Source: Squalus acanthias
Lineage: Eukaryota
DNA length: 64,000 nucleotides
NCBI GenBank assembly: GCA_030390025.1
Contig: CM059432.1
Coordinates: forward strand, 50,470,001-50,534,000
Direction: 5' to 3'
The position numbers were made by a program, and so were the translations under genes. The notes below the pieces were generated by a model. That model was not told the DNA's origin. It worked only from the letters and a program-made list of their open reading frames with translations, and made no database searches. Below are positions 52,586 to 64,000 of the stretch, one piece after another. The first letter of the stretch is position 1, and each line of letters starts with the position of its first letter.

Positions 52586-53349
52586 TAAGCCCACTTCACC
52601 TGAGGACTACAGTTTGTCTTCACTCCCCATATGCAAGACCGTGGGAGATCAACTAGTAATAATATAAAATCAAAATGTTACATAAAAATAAGGACAGAAT
52701 ATATGTCTTTAAAATGGGGACTGAATTAAATCTGATTGCCCTGTTCCAATTATCATCTAACCCTGCTTCACCTAAACACTACACTTGGTCTTGAATCCCC
52801 ATTTGCAATGTCATGGAAGATTATCTAATATATACTAAACATTTGCTGGCCTTTGTTCTTGAAATTTCCAAGTTTCCACAGTGGAAATGAGTTCTGAACT
52901 TTGTGTTTGCACACTGCTGACCTCTGCTCTTTGACCATCGTAAACCGCCAATTATAACGTCTGAATTCAGAGGTGAAGGACGGAGGTCAGCAACATATGT
53001 AAAGAAAGTGTGCGGTATTCATATTAATCCCAGCCACAAAACCTTTGATATATTCAGAATGAATGGTACTCGAAAGATGTATCTTCAGCTGTAAGCCATA
53101 AAAGTATAATTAAACAATAACTATGCGGCATGTTGGCCTCATAGTTAAATTGTTCGGTGGCTTATTCTCCACATATTTGCTCTAGTTTAATTTGAAAATA
53201 AATATTTGTTCCTTTTAAAAAGCACATTTATCATCTTGACAAAGTAATTAGTTTGTTTTCCCACATCATATGACCTCTCCTTTGCTGTTTTTGTTTTGCT
53301 CTGATTATATTTTTCCTTCTAATTACCGAAGAGGGGTTAGTGCTAAATG

Positions 53350-53590
53350 AGATTCAGAAGGCATTCGATAAGGTGCCACACAAGAGGTTATTAAACAAAA
53401 TTAGGACTCATGAGATTGGAGGTAATATACTAGCATGGATTGAGGATTGGTTAACGGACAGTAAACAGAAAGTAGGAATAAATGTGTCATTTTCGGGTTG
53501 GCAGGCTGTAACTAGTGGGGTACCGCAAGGATCAGTGCTTGGGCCTCATATATTCACAATCTACATCAATGATTTGGATGAGGGGACCAA
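53350..53590 (+). mobile_element. CR1 RT fragment
   Basis: QKAFDKVPH...[10 protein letters not shown]. Confidence 0.85.
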
Positions 53591-53591
53591 G

Positions 53592-54468
53592 GGGTTCAAC
53601 CTCGCCAGTGGCCACGGCCTCTACCACGTGGCACCCAATGATCTCCAGTAGTCGCTCCTCGAGCTGGCTTAGCTGTTAAGGTCAACCTGGCCCCTGCCTG
53701 TTCTGATCGCGCCGATTATGTGCGACTTTGGCCTGCAAGAGAAAGAGAACTGTTGAGTGAAAAAAAAACTTGCATTTATATAGCGCCTTTCACAACCACC
53801 GGACGTCCCAAAGTGCTTTATAGCCAATGAAGTACTGTCACTGTTGTAATGTAGGAACGCAGCAACCAATTTCCGCACAGCAAGCTCCCACAAACAGCAA
53901 TGACCAGATAATCTGTTTTTGTTATGTTGATTGAGGGATAAATATTGACCAGGACACCAGGGATAATGCCCCATCTCTTCTTCGATATAGTGCCATGGGA
54001 TCATTTATGTCCACCTGAGACAGCAGACAGGGCCTCAGTTTAACATCTCATCTGAAAGACAGCACCTCTGACAGTGCAGCAGTCCCTCAGTCACTGCACT
54101 GGAGTGCCAGCCTAGATTTTTGTGCTCAAGTCTCTGGCGTGGGACTTGAACCCACAACCTTCTAACTCAGGAGGCGAGAGTGCTACCCACTGAGCCACAA
54201 CTGACACACAGCTGAGTGAATTTAGTACAATGTGTTTGGGTGATGTGCCTGCCATAGTTGAATAGCTGTCATTGTCTGCAAGGTGTGAGATGTTGGTGTG
54301 AGTGTTGCTAGGTAGAGATTGTTGCTTTGTGAGTGCTGGGGGTGTGGTGCATTGAGCAGTGTGTGAAGCTTGTGGTGCAGATGGTGCTATGTGGCATTTG
54401 CTGAACCCTTCACTCACCCTGACCACCCGTGTGAGGTCATTAAACCTCTTCCTGCACTGGGTGGGGGT
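53592..54468 (-). pseudogene. Harbinger Myb/SANT gene fragment (exon 1 end, intron, exon 2) with nested SINE
   Basis: PTQCRKRFNDLTRVVR|GTGAGT donor; intron and acceptor similar to 4800-5200. Confidence 0.75.
53760..54210 (-). mobile_element. Full-length Deu-domain SINE (SacSINE1-like)
   Basis: A and B boxes, Deu-like core, tail; flanking direct repeat TGAGTGAA. Confidence 0.87.
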
Positions 54469-54469
54469 C

Positions 54470-54864
54470 TTTTTTTTGACTGGAGAAATCTTTTTATTCA
54501 AATCCAATAATACTTATACAACTCATCAATGACATAGTAAATCCATTACATAGTAAATCCATTACATTCACCCATCACAGTAAAAAATAAAGCCTTAAAA
54601 ACAGCATTATAGTTAATATAAATACAATGATTAATTTTACAAATAATCAATAATGTTTACAGTACAAATACCCTTAAACAATACCACACAACTTTTTAGA
54701 TTTAAAATAATAAATCTTAAAGTTAACTCCACATAAAACAAAAACCATTTCAACACCACAGTGTACAAACACATAGCACCATCATAATCCAATTAAATGC
54801 TACAGATAACACTCATTCCAATAAACCAAGAAAAAACTCGTTTTACGCCAGTCCTGCTGGCATT
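54470..54864 (-). mobile_element. Polyadenylated retroposed 3' end (L1/Tx1-like UTR or retrocopy)
   Basis: On -: AATAAAAAGATTTCTCCAGTC followed by A8; T/G-rich UTR-like composition. Confidence 0.5.
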
Positions 54865-55243
54865 GTTCGTTCGATCATTCGATCATTCATTCAATTGTTC
54901 GTTCGTTCATTCAAGCGTTCGTTCGTTCGTTCGATCGAGCGTAAGTTCCAATATGTGTGTCTGAATGCGTGCGTGCGTATCATTTGTCTAAGTGCGCGCC
55001 TGCGTGCGTTCGCTCGAATCGTTCGTTCTATCACTGCACAAGTGATCATTCGTTCGATCGAGTGTAAGTTCCAATGTGCATGCTTGCGTTCGTTCGAATC
55101 GTTCGTTCGACCACTGCCCCATGAGGTCGTTCGTTCGTTCGAGTGTAAATTCCAATATGTATGTCTGAATGCGTGCGTGCGTAGCATTTGTCTAAGTGCG
55201 CGCCTGCGTGCGTTCGCTCGAATCGTTCGTTTTATCACTGTCC
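54865..55243. repeat. CpG-rich (GTTC)n-based complex repeat, A-B-A
   Basis: Three GAGYGTAARTTCCAAT-anchored units; first and third near-identical at 203-bp spacing. Confidence 0.85.
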
Positions 55244-55770
55244 ACACCTGGAGTATTGTGTACAGTTTTGATCTCCTTACCTAAGGAAGGATATACTTGC
55301 CATAGAGAGAGTGCAACGAAGGTTCACCAGACTGGTTCTTGGGATGGGGGGATTGTCCTATGAGGAGAGATTGAGTAGACTCGGCCTATATTCTCTAGAG
55401 TTTAGAAGAATGAGAGGTGATCTCACAGGGAGGATGTTTCCCCTGGCTGGGGAGTCTAGAACCAGGGGTCACAGTCTCAGAATAAGGGGTCGGCCATTTC
55501 GGACTGAGATGAGGAGAAATTTCTTCACTCAGAGGGTGGTGAATCTTTGGAATTCTCTACCCCAGAGGGTTGTAGATGCTCAGTCGTTGAATATATTCAA
55601 GACAGAGATCGATAGTATTTAGAATATTAAGGGAATCAAGGGATATGGGGATAGTGCAGGAAAGTGGAGTTGAGGTCGAAGATCAGCCATGATCTTATTG
55701 AATTGTGGAACAGGCTCGAAGGGCCGAATGGCCTACTCCTGCTCCTATTTCTTATGTTCTTCTGTTCTTA
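55243..55770 (+). mobile_element. CR1 3' fragment
   Basis: QRRFTRL, FFTQRVVNLWNSLP; tail. Confidence 0.9.
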
Positions 55771-57159
55771 GATTAAACAACTGCACATTGTTTTGTCTCC
55801 TGGCTGGTTTGGAGAAAAATAAAAACCAGTACAAAACCATATGAATGTCTTCAGTTATTTTACTTTTATACATTGGTGTATAATGATTTAATATATTTTT
55901 TGGCATGTTTTTAGTTAGTTGGTAGTAGGCTCTTGCCCTGAAGCATGCAATGGTCTGCAGATGATGTTATTGTACAGAGTGCTCTGTTAGGGCTATGTGG
56001 TGATTATTGTCTTTGAAGTCAGTATTAACTTGGGTATATGAGTTTGGGAAGTTTTGTCACCTATCATTTTTGCATTAAAGTACATGAGGCAAGTTTGTTT
56101 CTTCATGAATACGTCTGTAAGTGTTTTTCCTTCTTCCCCTTTCCTCACACTGTTTAATCGATGAGAATTTTTAAAATGTTTTAGAGAACTGAAACACAAT
56201 TCATGATAGGAAAAAAGATTGGGCGGGAACAACAGCCAGGTCTTCAAGTTGCTGAGAGGAATAGATGAGGTTGGTTTAGCAAAACTGTTTGACTTAAACT
56301 GTGAACAGAAAACTAGAGGTTGCAATTTAAAATGAGCAAACTTGAAGCACGATTAAAGATGAGAGGATTATTTCCCACAGTATAGACTTCAAGCAAAAAA
56401 CAACATAACCTTTCTAGTCTCTCTGTATTTAGCAACACAACTATGTTCTATTCTACTCTAAACTTCCTTTTGTTCTTGCTTCTAAACTCCAAATACCATC
56501 TTACACATCCTTACTGTGTTAACATCAAGACTCCTATGCTAACTCATTCTTTCCCAGGACCTCAAACTGTTGGAATTCCTTACTTTCTTCAGTCTTTCCT
56601 TCCTCCTGCACTCTTCTGGCTTTTAAAACGCAAGCTTGGTGCCATCTAATCACAACGCCTTAAGTAACCTTGCTTTCTCTTTTTCATTCTTTTCAAACAT
56701 GGTGTTTGCAATGTGATACCCTTTGGCCCTGTACTTGGTTTCGCAGTACAGAAAACCTGTTAAACTGACTTATGGGCACAGGAAGCACTTGATTCGATAT
56801 TAAGCAAACTTCCTTAATGAATGCCCCTCCCCAGATACAAAATTTCTGTTTCAAATTTTATAAATTCATCAAAGCTTGATGACTTAACGTGGGATCTTCC
56901 GGTTTGTACAGCTCAATACTACAATGAGCAATGTAATTGCCCTCTGATCAGAGAGCTCTTGGGTATATGTTCACCTTTAGTGCTCTGGCACACTTCCAGC
57001 TGGCAGTGGATCGAGTATGGCTCTGTCTGAAATCAATATAGTATGCTGTTTCTTACATTAAAAAGCATAAAACATCACTATGAGTTATCAGTAAAGAGGC
57101 AATTGTGTCTAAAAAGACAATTGTGTGTAAACCTGGTCGGTCAACGATGTCTACAATGT

Positions 57160-58596
57160 TTTTTTTATTTGTTAATGGGATTTGAGCGTCGCTGGCAAGG
57201 CCAGCATTTATTGCCCATCCCTAGTTGCCCTTGAGAAGGTGGTGGTGAGCCAACTTCTTGAACCGCAGCAGTCTGTGTGGTGAAAGTACTCCCACAGTGC
57301 TGTTAGGTAGGGAGTTCCAGGATTTTGACCCAGCGACGTTGAAGGATCGGCGATATATTTCCAAGTCAGGATGGTGTGTGACTTGGAGGGGAACTTGGAG
57401 GTGGTGGTGTTCCCATGCGCCTGCTGCCCTTGTCCTTCTAGTTGGAATAGGTCATGCATTTGGGAGGAGCTGCCGAAGAAGCCTTGGCGAGTTGCTGCAG
57501 TGCATCTTGTAGATGGTACACACTGCAGCCACGGTACGCTGGTGGTGGAGGGAGTGAATGTTTAAGGTGGTGGATGGGGTGCCAATCAAGCGGACTGCTT
57601 TGTCCTGGATGGTGTCGAGTTTCTTGAGTGTTATTGGAGCTGCACTCATCCAGGCAAGTGGAGAGTATTCCATCACACTCCTGACTTGTGCCTTGTAGAT
57701 GGCGGAAAGACTTTGGGGAGTCAGGAGGTGAGACACTCGCCACAGAATACCTAGCCTCTGACCTGCTCTTGTTGCCACAGTATTTATGTGGCTGGTCCAG
57801 TTAAGTTTCTGATCAATGGTAACTCCCAGGATGTTGATGGTGGGATTCGGCGATGGTAATGCGTTGAATGTCAAGGGGCGGTGGTTAGACTCTCGCTTGT
57901 TGGAGATAGTCATTGCCTGACACTTCTGTGGCTCGAATGTTACCTGCCACTTATCAGCTCAAGCCTGAACGTCGTCCAGGTCTTGGTGCATGTGGGCATG
58001 GACTGCTTCATTATCTGAGGAGTTGTGAATGGCGCTGAACACTGTGCAGTCATCAGCAAACATTCCTATATCTGACCTTATGTTGGAGGGAAGGTCATTG
58101 ATGAAGCAGCTGAAGATGGTTGGATCTGGGACACTGCCCTGAGGAACTCCTGCAGCGATGTCCTGGGGCTGTGATGATTGACCTTCAATCACCACAACCA
58201 TCTTCCTTTGTGCTAGGTATGACTCCAGCCAGTGGAGAGTTTTCCCCCCGATTCGCATTGACTTCAGTTTTACTAGGGCTCCTTGATGCCACACTCGGTC
58301 AAATGCTGCCTTGATGTCAAGGGCAGTCACTCTCACCTCACCTCTGGAATTCAGCTCCTTTATCCATGTTTGAACCAAGGCTGTAATGAGGTCGGGAGCC
58401 GAGTGGTCTTGACGGAACCCAAACTGGGCACCAGTGAGCAGGTTATTGGTGAATAAGTGCCGCCTGATAGCACTGTTGATGACACCTTCCATCACTTTGC
58501 TGATGATTGAGAGTAGACTGATGGGGCGGTAATTGGCCAGATTGGATTTGTCCTGCTTTTTGTGGACAGCACATACCTGGGCAGTTTACCACATTG
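57160..58596 (-). mobile_element. CR1-group LINE of a second lineage, 5'-truncated, polyadenylated
   Basis: QFGFR, LDIKAAFDRVWH, GVPQGS, MFADD, YKAQVRSVMEY; poly(A) end. Confidence 0.88.
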
Positions 58597-59039
58597 TTGT
58601 ATTGGAACTGGAATGTTAACCCTCATCAAAGATTTTTTTCAGGATACTTTGGCTGGGAAGTTAAGACGGTCATCTTATATTCAGATTGTCTCATATGTGA
58701 GTATATATGGTAAACTAGAAGCAGCAGCAACAGCAAATCATAGAATATGGGGCAAATCTTGCAAGATGAAGCTCTGCACCAGGCTCCTCATCTCACAAAA
58801 TGTATCCTTATAAGGCAGAAGAGCAGCAAAATGCTAAACAATGTACAGTACATATACATTTATCAAAAAGACTGACTTAAATGATGAAATTGCATGCATT
58901 TAAGGGAGAACTCTCTCTCTCTTTCTTTCTTTCTCTGCAGGTTTGACTCTGTATCTCACACATTTTTACATGGATGCATGCCTGTTGTAAACTTTCAAAT
59001 TAGATAAATAGGTTGGTCATATAAAATGTCAATAATCAA

Positions 59040-59440
59040 CAATAACTTGCACTTTAATCGCACCTTTTACATGCACAAGCATCACAAGGCACTTCACAAA
59101 GTGGGGGTTGGGCTGAAGCCAGAGTAGGGAGGACAGTTAGTTGAGGTGGTCGAAGCTGCAATCATAGAGGTAGGTTATAAGGAGATTTTTGAAGGTGGGG
59201 AAAGATGTGGTGCAGCAGAGGGGTCTGGGAAGACATTTCCAGAGTGTGGGGCAAGATGTCTAATTGCTCTGGTGGAAGTGGGGGATGTGCAGTGAAACCA
59301 TTCTGGATAATTTGGAGTTTAGGTAAGATGGAGCTTGGGAGGACAGCGAGGAGAACATTGGCAAAATCAAACCTGGAAGTGATAAAGGCAGAGATGAGGG
59401 TTTCAGCAGGAACAGGGTGAGATAAGGACAGAGATATCAT
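59040..59440 (-). mobile_element. Old L2 3' fragment
   Basis: ETLISAFITSRFDFANVLL, KLQIIQN. Confidence 0.7.
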
Positions 59441-60227
59441 AGTAATAGCAAGTTATTTCTGAATAAACTTGCATTCCCAAGGTCACGCCTGCATTGTGAA
59501 TAACACATTTATCAATGACAAGAAGCACACATTATCTGCACTGATAGCCACTACCAGCACAAAAAAAAATCAAAACTGAATGGAAAACCCATATGAGATT
59601 TAAACAGTACAAATAATTAAAGTCTGCAATTTAAACAAGGGTCATTTGGTGTTTATAAACTGCTTGTATTGTACTCTCATGGTCTGTGACAGTCTCTGCG
59701 CCCCCAGATTACTGTCTTGTAATCACTCCCAGGTATTTGTTATTCATTATAAAATGTCAAAATTGATTTATGGAACAATAAAAATAACAATTAGATACTG
59801 ATAAATATTTTAAAACTACTACTGAAATGCTATCTGCTGGTTATTCCATTGTATCAGAACAAAAACAAATACCCATCTGGGAAATACAGCATGTATTTAT
59901 CGACTAAACGAATAATACTATAAAGACGAACCTACTAGCAGAGGACGGAGCGATGCAGTAGGTTAGAACACTGGCTTCTGTTGTTCTAATATAATGCACA
60001 TATATAGGGCAAATTTTGCAAGGCTCCACTCAGTCATCTTTGCCCACAACATTTTGAAGACATTTTGAAGTTTTTTTGAAGCTGCGCTACTAACCAGCAC
60101 AAGCCTCATTTCACCTCTGATTCCTTTGCAAATTGATCCCAAACCAAATTTCTTAAATTTTGCAATGCCTCCTTCCCTACTGCACAGCTGGCTGCATTGT
60201 TCATGTGGGACACTTTATAAAGTATAG

Positions 60228-60642
60228 GGGTACAGTGGCATAGTGGTTATGTTACTGGACTAATAATCCAGAGACATGAGTTCAAATCCCACCACGGCAG
60301 CTGGGGAATTTAAGTTCAGTTAATTAAATAACACTGGAACTTTTTTAAAAAGCTAGTATCAGTAATGGTGACCGTGAAGCTTTCGAATTGTTGTAAAAAC
60401 CCATCTGGTTCACTAATGTCCTTTTAGGGAAGGAAGTCTGGCCTATCTGTGACTCCAGACCCACATGTGGTTGACTCTTAGCTGTCCTTTGAAATGGCCT
60501 AGCAAGCCACTCAGTTGTACAAACCACTATGAAAAAAGACCTTCACCACACAGACTGCAGCGGTCAAAGGCAATTAGGGATGGGCAATAAATGCTGGCCT
60601 TGCCAGCAACGCCCACATCCTGTGAATGAATAATAAAAAAAA
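60228..60642 (+). mobile_element. tRNA-derived SINE, family 2
   Basis: A box TGGCATAGTGG, B box GAGTTCAAATCC, LINE-like tail plus poly(A). Confidence 0.82.
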
Positions 60643-61399
60643 GTCCTGTGAGTGAGTACTCTGTAAAGAGCTATTTGTGTGTCGCTGTACTCTTTAAAGT
60701 GCTATGTGTGTCCTGTATGCTGCAGAAATCTAGTTTGGAACATTGGACTTTTTTCACCACCAGAACACCAATGTGTAATTTGTTCTGGGAATGGTGACAA
60801 CTAGTGCTCTACAGCTATGCTATATAACTTCCCACAGAATCTTGGATTATGAAAAGCACAGGATTTTATTAGCCAAAATGATGGTGTAACTTTGCAAACG
60901 GATGTAATGCAACTCTCGTGGCATATAATATCAACTGAAGCCTTCAATTTGCTGCTGCCTTGCAACATATTCTAACTTAAGTGTCATTCTAAAGGAACAC
61001 ATGTTCAGAAGAGGTCATAAAATCGGCCGCACGACCCACGTGCACAGTTTTAAAAGATGGGATTAGGGGAGCTAAATAGATAAATGAAGGTTTTTAGGTC
61101 CCACATTGATCTTTGAGTTTGGGAAAGGCTCAAACCATAAAAACTGGGCACATCACTGCTCGAGTAGACAACGACTAGTTTGTGGGTGTTTGTAAAGCTA
61201 TGGTGTTGTTCTTTGTATGCTTATGGGAATTAATATTTTTTGCCCTTTAACATTGAGAAGTTTGTGCATTCATCACTGCATATATTTTTTTGGGTCCCTG
61301 GTGCTGCCTTATTGCACAGTCCTCCTTTTTGCTCTGCTGCACTTCTATTTAAAGTGCCAAATAGCTGCTGAAATCCAAATTGAGAGGTTTGAAGGATGG

Positions 61400-62360
61400 G
61401 CCTGGCTGAGTTTACTCCCATATTTCCGGCAGATGATCCAAATGATGAGGACCATTTCATAATGGGACATCATCTGCAGGTCCAAAGACATCTCAGGCAC
61501 CTGCCACTATCCAGGACCCATATGTACAGACCACGTCACTCCTGGGTATGCCTGACGACACCTGTCTTCAGCACCTCTATTTCATTGCACATGCAGGCCG
61601 CATTAAAGACTGAGACAACTCTTCCAAATGCTTCAAGGTCACAACGGCACTTGGCTTCTATGTCACACGATCCTACCAGATAAGTCAGTCTGCAGTTGAT
61701 TCCTGCTTCAAGCAAATAACTGATACCATGTTTGACTGGGGGAAACACTTCATTGCTTTCCAAGGGTAAAAAGGAAAGCAACTCAAGAGGGCATACAACC
61801 TTTACAATTGAGAGTCCAGGACATCATAGATGGAAGCTGTGTGTTCACCGTCCAAGTTAAGTTAAGTTAAGTCCAAGCAAGTTAAAACCTGTTCCATCTC
61901 CAGCTTTTTCCAGTTCTGACGAAGGGTCATCGACGTGAAACGTTAACTCTGTTTCTCTCTCCACAGATGCTGCCTGACCTGCTGAGTATTTCCAGCATTT
62001 TCTGTTTTTATTTCAGATTTCCAGCATCCGCAGTATTTTGCTTTTGGACAACAATATCATCCTGCATTGTAATGCCCACTATCCAGGAAGACCCACAATT
62101 TTTTCCATTCTCCAACTGTTTGCTTTGTTTGAAGGTGGCAGAAAATGTCCTTTTTTTTAATTCGTTCATGGTATCTGGGCGTCGCTGGCAAGGCCAGCAT
62201 TTATTGCCCATCCCTAATTGCCCTAATGGCTCTTGATAGACCAGGGCTACCCAATGCAACCAGGGCTCCAGACCCCACACAAGAGTACACTACAGCCGAG
62301 GCCACATCTGGAGCTGAGGCCATGATGCGGTAAGAAGGTTTGCAGGGTTTGATGCTGGAA
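61400..62360 (+). pseudogene. Highly decayed Harbinger transposase with nested inserts
   Basis: HMYRPR, RVQDIIDGSC (~61812), LLIDQGYPMQP (~62230) echo Harbinger motifs in order. Confidence 0.55.
61880..62046 (+). mobile_element. Penelope-like pLTR 3' fragment with hammerhead (61912-61948)
   Basis: Near-identical to 32320-32487. Confidence 0.85.
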
Positions 62361-63334
62361 GTCAGGCAGAGGCTGGAAGACTGCTGCTGATAGTGCTACA
62401 TCAGTAAACTCCTTTGGCAAATTTAAATACTGGTATCTGATTGGTACCTGAGAACACATTGACATTATTTGTAATGACCAATCAGAAATGGAAGGGAAGG
62501 ACATTTTTTTTATTTCTGAAGAGGTGAAATGCCACAACCAACCATCCTTATCAATAAAAATTTATGTTGTATTTGAATTCTGGTTTTACTGCAAGTTTGT
62601 GTTTACATTTAGTTGATATGGAAACATTTGTGAATTTAATCATTTTGTTCTTCTTTCGCAGTGTGTACAATGGTTTCTCGAGGAGTGCTTTAGTAGATGC
62701 AAGGGTTCATTTTACAAATTCCTGCTCGCACCATAGCAGTAGAGGACAATGGAAGGAGGGCGACTTGGATGGGAAATGCCGTTGACAGAGAGTTACAGTT
62801 AAAGGGGAATTGGTAGAGTAGGGGTAGCCTGTAAGGAGCAACTGCAGCCAGTGGGGAGCTTGGGGGCGGGGACAAGGATTGGCAGCCAGCGATGGGTTGG
62901 AATGGGAAATATAGCCAGCAGGTGTGGAGGAAGCTGATCAAAATCTTGCTCATCACGGTGGGCAGGGGGTGGGGGTGGTGGGGGGTGTGTAGGGGGGGGG
63001 GTGGGAAGCAGGAGAGGTATTGGGGCTACAGTCTTGCTCAGTAGGGAGGGTTCAGGCCAAAAACTACTTAGTGGGGGGTGGGGCATTAACTGCCAAATCG
63101 TTGTTCAATCTGGAGGGGAGGTATCGGGGGAGTAGGAGGTCCTTGTCAAAATCCTGCTCCATGTGTGGGCATTGGGCATTGATACTTTTCCCATGGTGGG
63201 GAGGGGTGGATGATGTGAGTCCTGAAATACTGCTCACCGTGGAGTGGGGGAACGTAATCATTCTCAGTGGCAGAGTGGAGATTGAGGGCCAATATTCTGG
63301 CTCAGTTTCAATGGAGTGCAGATTCAGTAAGCAA

Positions 63335-64000
63335 ATTTTTTTTTTTTTAATTCATTCTTGGGATGTGGGCACTGCTTGCAAGGCCAGCATTTTTTGACTA
63401 TCACTAATTGCCCTTGAGAAAGTGGTGCTGAGCTGCCTTCTGAAAACGCTGCAGTAAGTGTGGTGAAGATACTCCCATAGTGCTGTTAGGTAGGGAATTC
63501 CAGGATTTTGACTCAGCGACGATGAAGGTGGTAGAGGTTGTGGGTTTGGGAGATGCTGCCTAAGAAGCCTTTGTGAGTTGCTGCAGTGCATCTTGTAGAT
63601 GGTACACACTGCAGCCACGGTGCACCGCTGATGGAGGGAGTGAATGTTTAAGGTGGTGGATGGGGTGCCAATCAATCAGGCTGCTTTGTCCTGGATGGTA
63701 TTGACCTTCTTGAGTGTGTTGGAGCTGCGCTATTCCATCACACTCCTGACTTGAGCCTTGTAGATGGTGGAAAAGCTTTGGGGAGTCAGGAGGTAAGAAT
63801 ACCCAGCCTCTGACCTGCTCTTGTAGTGAGAGTATTTATGTGGTTTGTCCAGTTAAGTTTCTGGTCAATGGTGACCCCCAGGATGTTGATGCTGGGGGAT
63901 TTGACGATGGTAATGCCATTGAATGTCAAGGTGCGGTGGTAGACTTTCTCTTGTTGGAGATGGTCATTGCCTGGCAGTTGTGTGGCGTGAATGTTGCTTG
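63335..64000 (-). mobile_element. LINE 3' fragment, same family as 57160-58596
   Basis: IGTPSTTLNIHSLH..CTIYKMHCSNS; poly(A) at 63335-63348. Confidence 0.88.

Noticed and set aside
54891..55284. Repetitive ORFs and CRISPR-like periodicity
   Set aside because: ORFs arise from the stop-poor repeat; no constant repeat with unique spacers; eukaryotic context.
58905..59015. Strong splice acceptor (CT)n..CTGCAG at 58940
   Set aside because: Polypyrimidine tract is a microsatellite; no convincing donor or reading frame.
62690..63330. G-rich block with possible transposon end and RT-like peptides
   Set aside because: Probably a decayed element, but no diagnostic motif or paired terminus to classify it.

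Overview
Eukaryotic, repeat-dense DNA, most likely an intron or gene desert of a cartilaginous fish (shark). This is inferred from the repeat families: SacSINE1/Deu-type SINEs, CR1 and L2 LINEs, and Harbinger elements. No host protein-coding gene could be supported. Most of the window is nested transposon debris: (1) a two-gene Harbinger element (transposase plus spliced Myb/SANT gene), other Harbinger fossils and MITEs; (2) many CR1 and L2 LINE fragments; (3) two tRNA-derived SINE families; (4) four solo LTRs of three families, each TG..CA with a 4-bp TSD; (5) Penelope-like elements (PLEs) carrying minimal hammerhead ribozymes. Most notable: a PLE with a 12-bp TSD whose inverted terminal arm copies part of an LTR nested inside it, suggesting it moved with cargo; a 229-bp fold-back hammerhead insertion; a recent 2.37-kb tandem duplication; a CpG-rich A-B-A repeat; and repeat-free islands with clustered PBX-HOX and MEIS/PKNOX motifs (candidate conserved enhancers). 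Boundaries without a TSD or TIR are approximate.
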